From an uncultured Clostridia bacterium (GTDB taxonomy: Bacteria > Bacillota > Clostridia > TANB77 > CAG-508): a stretch of DNA of 64,000 bases. Below, piece after piece: positions 1 through 9,878 of the stretch. Positions within the stretch are counted from its first letter, which is position 1. Each line of letters opens with the position of its first letter. Position numbers and translations under genes: made by a program. Under the pieces are notes generated by a model. The model saw only the letters and a program-made list of their open reading frames with translations, was not told the DNA's origin and searched no databases. The stretch is from positions 8,954 through 72,953 of the forward strand of contig CALXFF010000002.1 of NCBI GenBank assembly GCA_944387525.1, in the 5' to 3' direction.

Positions 1-28
1 CTAAGTCTCCTAATGCTACATATCTCAT
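1..28 (-). CDS. 5' end of an unidentified CDS that runs off the window start (reads M-R-Y-V-A-L-G-D-L on the minus strand)
   Basis: Reverse complement reads GAAGGAGGAAACAAA-ATG-AGA-TAT-GTA... with a strong GGAGG RBS 7 nt upstream of the ATG. Only 9 codons are visible. Confidence 0.35.
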
Positions 29-169
29 TTTGTTTCCTCCTTCTGTCTAAATGCTATTGTTTCTACTACTTTTATACTGGAATTGTACCATCAAATATGC
101 ATATTTTTTAATTTTTTTTATGAAATATTAATTTTTATTTATAAAATTAATATAAATATGTAAATTACA

Positions 170-198
170 TTGACTTTTACAGAAATGTAGTATATTAT
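170..198 (+). promoter_or_regulatory. Putative sigma-A promoter for the MBL gene pair (-35 TTGACT, -10 TATTAT, ~17-nt spacer)
   Basis: TTGACT at ~170-175 and TATTAT at ~193-198, about 65 nt upstream of the 266 ATG. Confidence 0.4.
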
Positions 199-265
199 TA
201 ACATAATCAAAAAACTGTATATAAAAATCAAAAGTGTATTTTGATTAATAAAAAGGAGGAATAAT

Positions 266-1711
266 ATGAAACTTTTACACAGTAACATCTATCTCCATTT
301 ATATGGACGGCATAGAGGTGTAACAGGTTCTTGTTTTTTAGGTTCTACACATTTTCCAAACAAAAAGAATGTACGATTTTTAGTAGATTGTGGTAGTTTC
401 CAAGGAGTTGATAATTTAGGTTATTTAGACTTAAATGATGTAATTCCTTTTGATACACAAAAAATTGATTTTGTGCTTATTACACACAATCACATTGACC
501 ACATAGGTTTATTACCACTACTTGTAAATCAAGGATATACAGGACCAATATATATGACAAAACCTGGTTATGGATTAATTGACATTCCAATTAATGAAGC
601 TTGGAAAGTTCATTGCAAAGGGAAATTAAATCCCAGCTATGAAAGAAGTGATGTTGAATCACTTTTTAACCAAATAAGCGGTGTTTCTTTTAATCAGAAG
701 GTTCATCCTAAGAAAAATGTTGAAATTACATTTTTCAAAAATGGTCATCTAGTTGGTGCATCAGTAATTGAAGTAAAATTCACTTATGATGGCACGGATG
801 ATATTCGGTTATTATTTACTGGTGATTATCATTACAAAAATTTATTTTTTGATGTTGAAAAAATCCCAATTCAAAACCGCAAAAATCCATATTCATTGGT
901 AGTTTGTGAATCGACATATGGAAATATGGATTCAACAGATGAAAGATGTAAACCTATATTGGCCACAAAAATTTCCGAAGCTATAAAAAATGGAATGAAA
1001 GTCATAATTCCAACTTTTGCTATGGGAAGAACTCAAGAAATAGCATATTTAATAAAATGTATGCAAAATACAGAGTTAATTCCAGAAAGTATTGGAATTT
1101 GGCAAGGAGGTACTTCTGCACGTGAAATAACAAATAGATTCAAATATAGTGATTTAGGTTTTAAACCTGATATGAGAGATTTTCTACCTAAAAACTTTCA
1201 CTTCGTATTAAGTAAAGAAAGACATCAAGTCTGTGAAAAATTGTTAGACTCTCCAAATCCATCTATAATTATTTCACCATCAGGAATGGCATCTTATGGT
1301 GCTGTAAAAACCTTCATTACAAAGGCAATTAGTCAAAATGATGTCTTAATAATCTTTCCTGGATATTGTTCAAAAGATTCAAAAGGACATGAACTTATCA
1401 ACACACCTAAAGGGACAGAAATTGAATATGGAGGATATTCACAAATTCGTAATTGTGATGTAGCTATAAGTGGCGAAATTTCAGCACATGCAAAAAGAGA
1501 TGAATTATTAGCATTTTTAAAAGACATGGCTGAACCAAAATCCATATTAATCAATCACGGAGAAGAAAATGATAAATTAGAATTTTCTAACTATCTAAAA
1601 CAACATTTTTCACCTGAAACTAAAGTTGAAATTTTTGATCCTGATTATGGGTATGCAGTCAATTCAAATGGGATATATGAAGTTTTTCCATCAAGTTTTC
1701 AATTATTTTAA
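266..1711 (+). CDS. MBL-fold metallo-hydrolase, RNA-metabolising beta-CASP family (paralog 1)
   Basis: HNHIDHIGLLP (HxHxDH) motif and a C-terminal SAHAK beta-CASP motif C. AGGAGG RBS. 481 aa. Confidence 0.8.
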   Translation: MKLLHSNIYLHLYGRHRGVTGSCFLGSTHFPNKKNVRFLVDCGSFQGVDNLGYLDLNDVIPFDTQKIDFVLITHNHIDHIGLLPLLVNQGYTGPIYMTKPGYGLIDIPINEAWKVHCKGKLNPSYERSDVESLFNQISGVSFNQKVHPKKNVEITFFKNGHLVGASVIEVKFTYDGTDDIRLLFTGDYHYKNLFFDVEKIPIQNRKNPYSLVVCESTYGNMDSTDERCKPILATKISEAIKNGMKVIIPTFAMGRTQEIAYLIKCMQNTELIPESIGIWQGGTSAREITNRFKYSDLGFKPDMRDFLPKNFHFVLSKERHQVCEKLLDSPNPSIIISPSGMASYGAVKTFITKAISQNDVLIIFPGYCSKDSKGHELINTPKGTEIEYGGYSQIRNCDVAISGEISAHAKRDELLAFLKDMAEPKSILINHGEENDKLEFSNYLKQHFSPETKVEIFDPDYGYAVNSNGIYEVFPSSFQLF

Positions 1712-1785
1712 CTTTTTTAAAAGCAATTAACTTTTAAATTAGTATGTAACTAAATTAACAATTGTTAGTCTAGAAAGGAGCAATT

Positions 1786-3207
1786 ATGACTGAATCACGG
1801 CGTTTCAAAAATCAAATAGTTATCAAAGGGTACAATGAAGGTGTAACCGGTTCTGCAATTAGATGTACTGTTGAAAGAAGCTTTTATGATGATTTTCAAT
1901 TTTTAGTAGATTTCGGGTTTTATCAAGGAACTGAATATGAAAAGCTTAGTTACAATAATATCAAGCCTTTAAAGTTAAATGCTGTTTTTTTGACACATAA
2001 TCATTTAGATCATGCAGGAGCATTACCTTTATTAGTTAAAAGAGGTTATAGTAACAAAATTTATACTTCAATTCCTACATCAGAATTATTAGGTATTGCA
2101 TATGAAGATACTCTTTCCATTTTTTCAGAGAGAGTATCGGAGAAAAATAAAAAGCAAAAAATGCTTTATAATTCAGATAATGTTAAAAAAACATTAAGCT
2201 TGGTGAAACCTACACGGTATCAAAAAACAATAAATTTGGGTGAAAACCTAACTGCAATGTTATTTGAAAATCAACATCTTGTTGGTGCTTCAATGGTTTT
2301 AATTAGGAGTAAAGTCTATGATACTCAAGAAGTGAATATTCTTTTCACAGGTGATTACAATAATAAAAATTCTTTTTTAGAAAATGTTGACCTGCCTGAA
2401 TGGGTATATAAATTAAAGAATTTAACTATTGTAACAGAAGCAACATATGGTAATACTGATTCTTGTGAGGTAAAATATGTTTGGGCAGATAATATGGTTG
2501 AGGCATGCATGAATGGGAAATCTATTTTGTTATTAGGATTTGCACAAGGCAGAATCCAAGAACTACTTTATCAGATTAAATGCCTGCAAGAACAAGGTTT
2601 AATTCCTGCTGACTATTGCATATTCTCGGATGGAAAATCCAGTATTAAATATAGTTTTAGCTATGCACAAAATAAAAAACTTGGAATAAAACCTGAAATG
2701 AGAAACTTTTTTCCAAGTAATTTAAATTTTGTTGATAATAAAATTCGTCAAACATTGTTGCATAGTCATGGTAAAAGAATAATAGTTTCCACATCCGGAA
2801 TGGGTAATTTTGGACCAGCAAGAATATATATTCCTGAAATGTTACCTAATGAGAATTGCGTAATTCATTTTAGTGGCTATACCGCAAAAGGTACCCTAGG
2901 AAAGAAATTACAAGAACAATCATATGGTGAACCTATTTGTATTAGTGGTATCACAATTCCTAGACGAGCTGAAGTTCTTAACACTACAGAATTTTCAGCA
3001 CATGCAAAAGCAGATGAATTAATATCATTTATTAAAAAGTTTTCTGATGTTCGTTCAGTATTAGTAACACATGGCGAACCAGAAGTAAAAGAAAAATTTG
3101 CGAAACGTGTTGCTAAAGAAACTTCTGTTAATAAAGTAGGCGTTTTAGGAAATGGCTATTCATACAGGATAGGACCATATGGAATTATAAAATCGATTCA
3201 AGATTAA
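1786..3207 (+). CDS. MBL-fold metallo-hydrolase, RNA-metabolising beta-CASP family (paralog 2, tandem duplicate)
   Basis: THNHLDHAGALP motif and SAHAKADEL motif C. Roughly 35-40% identical to the upstream paralog. AAGGAG RBS. Confidence 0.8.
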   Translation: MTESRRFKNQIVIKGYNEGVTGSAIRCTVERSFYDDFQFLVDFGFYQGTEYEKLSYNNIKPLKLNAVFLTHNHLDHAGALPLLVKRGYSNKIYTSIPTSELLGIAYEDTLSIFSERVSEKNKKQKMLYNSDNVKKTLSLVKPTRYQKTINLGENLTAMLFENQHLVGASMVLIRSKVYDTQEVNILFTGDYNNKNSFLENVDLPEWVYKLKNLTIVTEATYGNTDSCEVKYVWADNMVEACMNGKSILLLGFAQGRIQELLYQIKCLQEQGLIPADYCIFSDGKSSIKYSFSYAQNKKLGIKPEMRNFFPSNLNFVDNKIRQTLLHSHGKRIIVSTSGMGNFGPARIYIPEMLPNENCVIHFSGYTAKGTLGKKLQEQSYGEPICISGITIPRRAEVLNTTEFSAHAKADELISFIKKFSDVRSVLVTHGEPEVKEKFAKRVAKETSVNKVGVLGNGYSYRIGPYGIIKSIQD

Positions 3208-3237
3208 TGTTCAAAAAATTTAGGCTGTTGATTCTTA

Positions 3238-4236
3238 TCAACAGCCATTATTTAACTCATCTTCTAATAATTTACTCTGTATCTCTTCCAAAATCTCATC
3301 ATCAACCACATTTTTAAAAGTAACAGAAATCTTTGATTCTGAAACATCAAATTCAAGCATATTAAGTTTATTTTTATCAACAATATCTAAAACACTTTTC
3401 ATCGCATCAATATTTCGAATAATACCATTTCCGACTATTGAAACCCTTGATAAATCTTTCTTTATGATACTTTTTATCGTATTTTCTTCTATAATATCTG
3501 ATATAACTGTACCTGGTTTATTATTGAAAGTAGATTTAGTTATAATAGGAATTTTAAATTTCTCCCCTATCTCAATACATCTATTATGCAACACCTTAGC
3601 GCCTTCGCTTGATATTTCCAACATCTCTTCATATGATAAAGCTGAAAGTTTTTTAGAATTTTTAATTTTATTTGGATCGGCAGTATACACTCCATCTACA
3701 TCTGAAAAAATATAACAATTTTTAGCATTTAAAGCTGCTGCAACAGCTACTGCTGATGTATCTGAACCACCTCTACCAAATGTAGTTATATCCATATTTT
3801 CATTTATTCCTTGAAAACCTGTAATAATAACTATATGTTTTTTCTCTAACTCTTTTAAAATCCTTTCTGTGTTAATATTTTGTATGATTGCATTTTCATT
3901 TGTATTGTTTGTATAAATACCTGCTTGCCATCCAGTTAATGATATAGCTTTATAACCTAAGCTATTCAATAAAATACTTAATTTTGCTGCTGACATTTGT
4001 TCACCACAGCTTACTAATGCATCCATCTCCCTTTTTTCTACATCTTTTGCTAATTCTTTAGCTTCACTAATTAATTTGTCTGTCATTTTTCCTTGTGCTG
4101 ATAGTATAACAACAATATTATTATTTTTGTTATACATGTTGATAATTTTGTCTGCTACAACTTTTAGTTTTTCATTGTCTGCAACTGAACTTCCTCCAAA
4201 TTTTAATACAATTGTGTCATTCATTTTAAGCGTCAC
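3238..4236 (-). CDS. lysC: Aspartate kinase (short, single ACT domain)
   Basis: VLKFGGSSV N-terminal kinase motif and GRGGSDTSAVAVAAAL aspartokinase signature. C-terminal ACT-like region. Confidence 0.8.
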   Translation of the reverse strand: MTLKMNDTIVLKFGGSSVADNEKLKVVADKIINMYNKNNNIVVILSAQGKMTDKLISEAKELAKDVEKREMDALVSCGEQMSAAKLSILLNSLGYKAISLTGWQAGIYTNNTNENAIIQNINTERILKELEKKHIVIITGFQGINENMDITTFGRGGSDTSAVAVAAALNAKNCYIFSDVDGVYTADPNKIKNSKKLSALSYEEMLEISSEGAKVLHNRCIEIGEKFKIPIITKSTFNNKPGTVISDIIEENTIKSIIKKDLSRVSIVGNGIIRNIDAMKSVLDIVDKNKLNMLEFDVSESKISVTFKNVVDDEILEEIQSKLLEDELNNGC

Positions 4237-4370
4237 CTCTTCAAAGCAACAATGTGCTTTTCAAAATAATATAGAGAGTTTAACTTAATTAAATTAATCT
4301 CTCTATTATTATATTCAACTAAACTTTTAATGTCAACATCAGGGACATGCGAAAATGCACAAAAAATCCT

Positions 4371-4423
4371 AAAAAGGGACAGACCTTTTATTCTTATTAA
4401 ATAAAAGGTCTGTCCCTTTTTAA
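4371..4423. terminator. Bidirectional Rho-independent terminator (17-bp perfect stem GGGACAGACCTTTTATT / AATAAAAGGTCTGTCCC) flanked by T/A runs
   Basis: A perfect inverted repeat read directly, with TTTTT on both strands. It sits between prfB and lysC and is part of the GGGAC repeat family. Confidence 0.8.
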
Positions 4424-4449
4424 CAAAAATTGTTTAATCTAGCATGTCC

Positions 4450-5545
4450 CTAAAGCTTCAAATATGCTTCCATAAAATCTGTAATATTCCCATCCATAAC
4501 AGATTCCACATTTCCTACTTCATAATTTGTTCTATGATCTTTTACCATAGTATATGGGCAAAATACATATGACCTAATTTGACTTCCCCATGCAATTTCT
4601 TTTTGTTCTCCTTTTAAATCTTCAATTTTTTCTTTTTGTTCTTGCTCTTTCAAATCTAATAATTTTGATTTTAACATTTTCATTGCAGTTTCTCTATTTT
4701 GAATTTGTGAACGCTCTGATTGACAAGCCACAACAGTATTAGTTGGTATATGTGTTATTCTTACAGCTGATGATGTCTTATTTATATGTTGCCCTCCTGC
4801 TCCAGATGCTCTATATGTATCTATTCTCAAATCATCTGGATTTATTTCGATTTCTATATCATCAGTAATTTCAGGCAAAACTTCAACTGATGCAAAAGAT
4901 GTGTGTCTCCTTCCCCCACTGTCAAATGGTGAAATTCTAACTAGTCTATGCACTCCTTTTTCACATTTCATATATCCATATGCATTTTCACCTATTACCT
5001 CGAATGTGACACTTTTTAGTCCTGCTTCTTCACCTTCTAAATAGTCTAATTCTTTTACTTCATAGTCATTTTTTGTTGCCCATCTTGTATACATTCTATA
5101 TAGCATTTCTGCCCAATCTTGTGATTCTGTTCCTCCTGCTCCTGGATGGATTGTCACTATTGCATTATTATTATCATATTTTCCTGAAAATAAAGTTTCT
5201 ATTTCAAATTTTTCAACTTCTTTTTTTACTTTATTTGTTCCTTTTATAATTTCTTTTGCTACTTCTTCATCTGGTTCTATATTTACTAATTCTGTTAATT
5301 CTTTTAAATTCTTTATTTCGTTTTCTATCTCTTGATATTTATTGCTTTTTCTTTTTATACTTTTTATTTTTCCTAAAACTTTTTGTGAATTTTTTTGGTC
5401 ATCCCAAAATTTTGCATCTAGTGTTTGTTTTTCTAATTCTTTTAATTCTTCTTGTAATTTGGCAATGTCAAAGTGACTCACCTAATTCCTTTAGTTTGTT
5501 TTCTAGTTCTTCTAGTATCTTAGCGTTTTCTTCTAATTCAAACAT
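4450..5545 (-). CDS. prfB: Peptide chain release factor 2 with programmed +1 ribosomal frameshift
   Basis: GGQ motif (SGAGGQHINKTSS). The frame-0 ORF starts at ATG ~5545 (RBS AGGAGAG) and reads MFELEENAKILEELENKLKELGESL then CTT-TGA-C at ~5468-5470. The +1 frame continues DIAKLQEEL.... The shift site is preceded by the SD-like AGGAATTAGGTGAG. The ORF track only shows the post-shift frame (4450..5481). Confidence 0.9.
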
Positions 5546-5607
5546 TTTATCACTCTCCTAACTTGCTTTATTTTAACATAGATTTATATTGATTTCAATT
5601 TTAATTG

Positions 5608-6144
5608 TTACAAATTATCACCCATGTTATATAATTTGCTTAAATTCCGTTTATTTATAATAATTTCCTGTTTAATTTCTTTTATAAATTCAGGAAGATT
5701 TGTGTATGTAGCAACAATTCCTCTATTTGACAAAGCAATAACATTTTTAGCTTTTTCAAGTATCTCACGTTGTATTATTTTAGAAACCTTTATTTCTTGT
5801 CCTTTTCGTAGATATTCCTCTTGAACATATAGCTCAGTTGTAGGGAATATGTTTTGAATTAAGAAAACTCCTTTAATTCCTGCAATATTATTAAAGAATA
5901 CAAAATTGTTAGGCTCTTTATTTATTTTTTGCTTTTTATTATTATATATCTTAAAATATTTGTCGTACTGTTTTGACATTGGAACAAACCACAATAAATC
6001 CTTATTTTTATTGTCTTTAAAACAAAAATATGTAGGTCGTTTCGTTCCTTTTTCTATTTTATTCTCCATTAAATGATATTTTTGTCCATATTTCTCTAAA
6101 AATTCATCCTTTATAAAATATAATCTTCCTTCTTTTATTTTCAT
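5608..6144 (-). CDS. Candidate type III toxin, ToxN/AbiQ-like endoribonuclease (178 aa)
   Basis: Size and motif layout resemble ToxN/AbiQ: N-terminal LYFIKDEFLEKY, RPTYFCF, and LLWFVPMSKQ in the register of YFAPLSSPK. AGGAG RBS with a 6-nt spacer. It lies immediately downstream of the tandem repeat array and a weak terminator. It is an insert between secA and prfB. Confidence 0.5.
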   Translation of the reverse strand: MKIKEGRLYFIKDEFLEKYGQKYHLMENKIEKGTKRPTYFCFKDNKNKDLLWFVPMSKQYDKYFKIYNNKKQKINKEPNNFVFFNNIAGIKGVFLIQNIFPTTELYVQEEYLRKGQEIKVSKIIQREILEKAKNVIALSNRGIVATYTNLPEFIKEIKQEIIINKRNLSKLYNMGDNL

Positions 6145-6154
6145 TGCATACTCC

Positions 6155-6183
6155 TAAAAAAGAGGAGACTTCAAGCCTCCCCT
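6155..6183 (-). terminator. Weak terminator-like hairpin (GGAGGCT-TGAAGT-CTCC + T6) between the repeat array and the toxin ORF
   Basis: Minus-strand reading is GGGGAGGCTTGAAGTCTCCTCTTTTTT. This is analogous to the ToxI-ToxN intergenic attenuating terminator. Confidence 0.45.
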
Positions 6184-6189
6184 ACTATT

Positions 6190-6298
6190 ATATTTTTTCA
6201 CCGGTGCATTTATCTCATCGCCAACCGGGTGGCAGCTTATATCGTTTCACCAGTATATTTATCTCATCGCCGACTGGGCGGCAGCTTATATTTTTACA
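6190..6298 (-). ncRNA. Candidate type III antitoxin RNA: 2 (to ~2.2) tandem 49-nt direct repeats
   Basis: R1 (6196-6244) is tttcaccggtgcatttatctcatcgccaaccgggtggcagcttatatcg. R2 (6245-6293) is tttcaccagtatatttatctcatcgccgactgggcggcagcttatattt. About 88% identical. The internal stem GCCA..TGGC in R1 becomes GCCG..CGGC in R2, a compensatory change. Confidence 0.5.
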
Positions 6299-6326
6299 GA
6301 TTTTACTCTGTTCATTTAGTATATTC

Positions 6327-6355
6327 ATTGTAACATATTTTTATGTGGTTTTCAA
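6327..6355 (-). promoter_or_regulatory. Near-consensus sigma-A promoter driving the repeat array (-35 TTGAAA, 17-nt spacer, -10 TACAAT)
   Basis: Minus strand reads aatacTTGAAAaccacataaaaatatgtTACAATgaata. It sits ~14 nt after the secA stop. Confidence 0.6.
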
Positions 6356-6368
6356 GTATTTTTTTAAA

Positions 6369-9125
6369 TTATGCGTTCTTTCCATGGCAATTCTTATACT
6401 TTTTACCCGAACCACATGGGCAAGGATCATTTCTACCAATCTTAGGACCTTCATTACGAATAGTTCTATCAACATCAGTACCAATCTTAGCCCCACCATC
6501 GACACTATGGATAGCCTCTAATGCTGCACCTGTAATCTTAACAGTCTCTTGTCTCTTTGTCTCGCCTTGTTGTCTAATATGCATCAAAATCTTAGTTACA
6601 TCATATTTGATATCATTAATCATCTCATCAAACATATCAAAACCTTCAAGTCTGTATTGAACAACAGGATCTTTTTGACCATAAGCACGTAAACCAATAC
6701 CATTTTTTAATTCATCCATGCTGTCAATATGATTCATCCATTTTTCATCAACAACTTTAAGCATAACAACTCTTTCAAGCTCTCTCATTTCGTCTGAACC
6801 AATATCTTGTTCCTTTTGGTCATATATTTCCAAAGCTCTTTTTCTTAATTCATCTGAAATTACCTGTGGATTAGTTTTGTTTTCTTTTACGAAGTCTGAC
6901 ATATCAATTCCAAATACATTTAAAATTTCTGTATTTAAAGACTCTACATTTACTTCTGATGTTTCACCTTCTATAAACATATTTGATATGTTTTCTGCAA
7001 CAAAATCAATCATTGCAATTATATTATCATGGATATTTTCTCCATCAAGAACTTCTCTTCTTTGTTTATAAATAATTTCTCTTTGAGCATTCATTACATC
7101 ATCATATTTTAATACATTTTTACGAATACTGAAGTTTCTACCTTCTACTTTTTTCTGTGCATTTTCTACTGCGTTTGAGATAATTCTTGAATCTATTGGC
7201 ATATTTTCGTCTGCACCTAGTGTATTATATACTTTAGTTATCGCATCTCCACCAAAGATTTTCATTAAGTCATCATCTAATCCAATATAGAATTTAGATT
7301 CTCCTATATCTCCTTGACGTCCAGCACGTCCACGTAACTGGTTATCAATTCTTCTAGATTCATGTCTTTCTGTTCCTATGATCTTTAGTCCACCAGCTTC
7401 AATTACTTTTTCTTTTTCTTCTTTTATTTGCTCATCAAATTTATTTACTAACTCTTTAAATTGCTCTCTTGCTTTTAAAATGTCTTGGTCATCTGTTTCA
7501 TAATATGTGTCTGCTGCTTCAATTAATTCAGCTGGAACTTTATTTTTTCTCATAGCTTCTTTTGCTAAATATTCACTATTTCCACCAAGCATAATGTCAG
7601 TACCACGTCCTGCCATGTTTGTTGCAATTGTTACTGCACCATATTTTCCTGCTTGTGCAATTATTTCAGCTTCTTTTTCATGATATTTAGCATTTAATAC
7701 TTCATGCTTAATTCCTTCTTGTTTTAATAATCCACTTAATTTTTCAGATTTTTCGATTGATACTGTACCAACCAAAACTGGTTGACCTTTTTTATGACTT
7801 TCTTTTATGCTTTCTACAATTGCCCTATATTTTGCATTTTCATTTTTGTATATAACATCATTTTCATCTTTACGAATCATTGGTTTATTTGTTGGTATTT
7901 CAACAACATCTAAATTGTAAATCTCTTCGAATTCTGCAGCTTCTGTCATAGCAGTACCTGTCATACCTGATAATTTATCATACATTCTAAAGAAGTTTTG
8001 GAATGTGATTGTTGCTAAAGTTTTTGACTCATCAGCTATCTTCACATGTTCTTTTGCTTCGATTGCTTGATGTAATCCATTATTATATCTTCTTCCATAC
8101 ATAATACGTCCTGTAAATTCATCAACAATTAAAACTTCGCCATCTTTTACGATATAATCAATATCTTTTTTCATAACACCATGCGCACGTAATGCTTGGT
8201 TTACATGGTGAACTAATGTAGAGTTTTCTAAGTCATTGAAGTTTTCTAATCCAAATGCTTCTTCTGCTTTTTTAATACCTTTTTGTGTTAATGATGCAGA
8301 TTTTGCTTTTAAGTCTACAATGTAATCATATTTTTCATTATCTTCTTGTTGATCAAAATCTTTTACATCTTCTTCAACAATAACTTTAGGTGTTAATCTA
8401 CGTACAAAGTTATCTGCTTTTTTGTATAAATCTGATGACTCATTTGCTCTACCTGAAATTATAAGTGGAGTACGAGCTTCATCAATTAAAATACTATCAA
8501 TCTCATCGACGATTGCATAATGTAATCCCCTTTGAACTAATTGATTTTTATATATAACCATATTATCTCTTAGATAATCAAATCCAAATTCATTATTTGT
8601 ACCATATGTTACATCTGCATTATATGCTTCTTGTTTTGCCTTAGGCTCCATTCCTGCAATTACTAAGCCAACTGATAGCCCTAAGAATTTATATAATTTT
8701 CCCATCCATTCACTATCTCTTTTTGCTAAGTAATCATTTACTGTAATTACATGAACTCCTTTTCCTTCTAGTGCATTTAAATATACTGGAAGTGTTGCAA
8801 CTAAAGTTTTTCCCTCACCAGTTTTCATTTCTGCAATTCTTCCTTGGTGTAAAATGATACCGCCTATTAATTGTACATCAAAATGTCTCATTCCTAAAAC
8901 TCTTTTTGATGCTTCTCTAACAACTGCAAATGCTTCTGGTAATATGTCATCTAATGTTTTTCCATTTTTTAATTGCTCTTTGAAGTATTCTGTTTTTCCT
9001 CTTAATTCCTTATCACTTAATTTTGACATTTCGTCTTCTAAGCCATTAATTTTTTGTACTATTGGCATTACTCTTTTAACTTCTTTTTGACTGTAAGTTT
9101 TGAAAATTTTTCTTATTATGCTCAT
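6369..9125 (-). CDS. secA: Preprotein translocase ATPase SecA
   Basis: 918 aa. DEAD-like motor motifs and a C-terminal zinc finger [14 protein letters not shown]. Confidence 0.95.
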   Translation of the reverse strand: MSIIRKIFKTYSQKEVKRVMPIVQKINGLEDEMSKLSDKELRGKTEYFKEQLKNGKTLDDILPEAFAVVREASKRVLGMRHFDVQLIGGIILHQGRIAEMKTGEGKTLVATLPVYLNALEGKGVHVITVNDYLAKRDSEWMGKLYKFLGLSVGLVIAGMEPKAKQEAYNADVTYGTNNEFGFDYLRDNMVIYKNQLVQRGLHYAIVDEIDSILIDEARTPLIISGRANESSDLYKKADNFVRRLTPKVIVEEDVKDFDQQEDNEKYDYIVDLKAKSASLTQKGIKKAEEAFGLENFNDLENSTLVHHVNQALRAHGVMKKDIDYIVKDGEVLIVDEFTGRIMYGRRYNNGLHQAIEAKEHVKIADESKTLATITFQNFFRMYDKLSGMTGTAMTEAAEFEEIYNLDVVEIPTNKPMIRKDENDVIYKNENAKYRAIVESIKESHKKGQPVLVGTVSIEKSEKLSGLLKQEGIKHEVLNAKYHEKEAEIIAQAGKYGAVTIATNMAGRGTDIMLGGNSEYLAKEAMRKNKVPAELIEAADTYYETDDQDILKAREQFKELVNKFDEQIKEEKEKVIEAGGLKIIGTERHESRRIDNQLRGRAGRQGDIGESKFYIGLDDDLMKIFGGDAITKVYNTLGADENMPIDSRIISNAVENAQKKVEGRNFSIRKNVLKYDDVMNAQREIIYKQRREVLDGENIHDNIIAMIDFVAENISNMFIEGETSEVNVESLNTEILNVFGIDMSDFVKENKTNPQVISDELRKRALEIYDQKEQDIGSDEMRELERVVMLKVVDEKWMNHIDSMDELKNGIGLRAYGQKDPVVQYRLEGFDMFDEMINDIKYDVTKILMHIRQQGETKRQETVKITGAALEAIHSVDGGAKIGTDVDRTIRNEGPKIGRNDPCPCGSGKKYKNCHGKNA

Positions 9126-9307
9126 TTCGAATTGATTCCTCCTAAGTTTATATTTTTACTTTGTTACTATATCACTAAAATATTAATTTAGCAAGTAGTT
9201 TGAACAAAAACTTTTATTATAATGTTCTTATTTTTTACTTTACCTCATATTATTTACTATAATTCACAAAACTTAGAAAATTTAATTGCATAACTGGAGG
9301 TTACTTT

Positions 9308-9856
9308 ATGTTTGTATATAATTTTAAAATTAATGGAAAAAACTTATTTAAATTCTTTTTTATTATAATTTTAATAATCATCACCATTATTGTTGGAATT
9401 GTAACTTTTAAAATATTCCATGGTGCTAGCACTAATAAAAATAAATCATCATGTTTGCCTCAAAACAATATTTCTACAATTTCAGCATCTAATTATACAA
9501 ATATTTTAAAGGCTGTACATGATGATATTGATAGTTATGTTGGATTAAAAATTAATTTTATTGGATATGTTTATAGAGTTTCAGATTTAAATGAAAATCA
9601 ATTTGTTTTGGCTAGAGATATGATCATTTCTTCTAATCGTCAATATGTGGTTGTTGGTTTTTTATCTGAATATGCAAATGCAAAAGATTACAAAGACAAT
9701 ACTTGGGTTGAAGTTACTGGTGAGATTACTAAAGGGGATTATCATGGTGATATGCCTATATTAAAAGTTACTGATATGAAAGAGACTTCTTCTCCTAATG
9801 AAGAGTATGTTTATCCTCCTGATGAAAGCTATATTCCGACTGATGGAGTGTTGTAA
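9308..9856 (+). CDS. Membrane-anchored hypothetical protein (single N-terminal TM; DUF1980/TIGR03943-like C-terminal domain?)
   Basis: GGAGG RBS. Hydrophobic segment FFFIIILIIITIIVGIV. Confidence 0.5.
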   Translation: MFVYNFKINGKNLFKFFFIIILIIITIIVGIVTFKIFHGASTNKNKSSCLPQNNISTISASNYTNILKAVHDDIDSYVGLKINFIGYVYRVSDLNENQFVLARDMIISSNRQYVVVGFLSEYANAKDYKDNTWVEVTGEITKGDYHGDMPILKVTDMKETSSPNEEYVYPPDESYIPTDGVL

Positions 9857-9878
9857 AAGTTGTAAAAAGAGATATTAT

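Noticed and set aside
1333-1554. Numerous short opposite-strand or alternative-frame ORFs in the track (for example 1333..1554, 3464..3715, 5256..5561, 6144..6660, 21415..21693, 22929..23191, 27414..28400, 29017..29712, 36677..37793, 40487..41008, 49615..50076)
   Set aside because: They lie wholly inside well-supported long CDSs on the other strand or frame. They are Leu/Phe/Ile-rich, as expected from AT-rich antisense sequence, and have no RBS. Treated as shadow ORFs.
6196-6293. Two 49-nt direct repeats as a possible CRISPR array or mini-satellite
   Set aside because: Only two contiguous units without spacers. The promoter/terminator/ORF context fits a type III antitoxin RNA much better.
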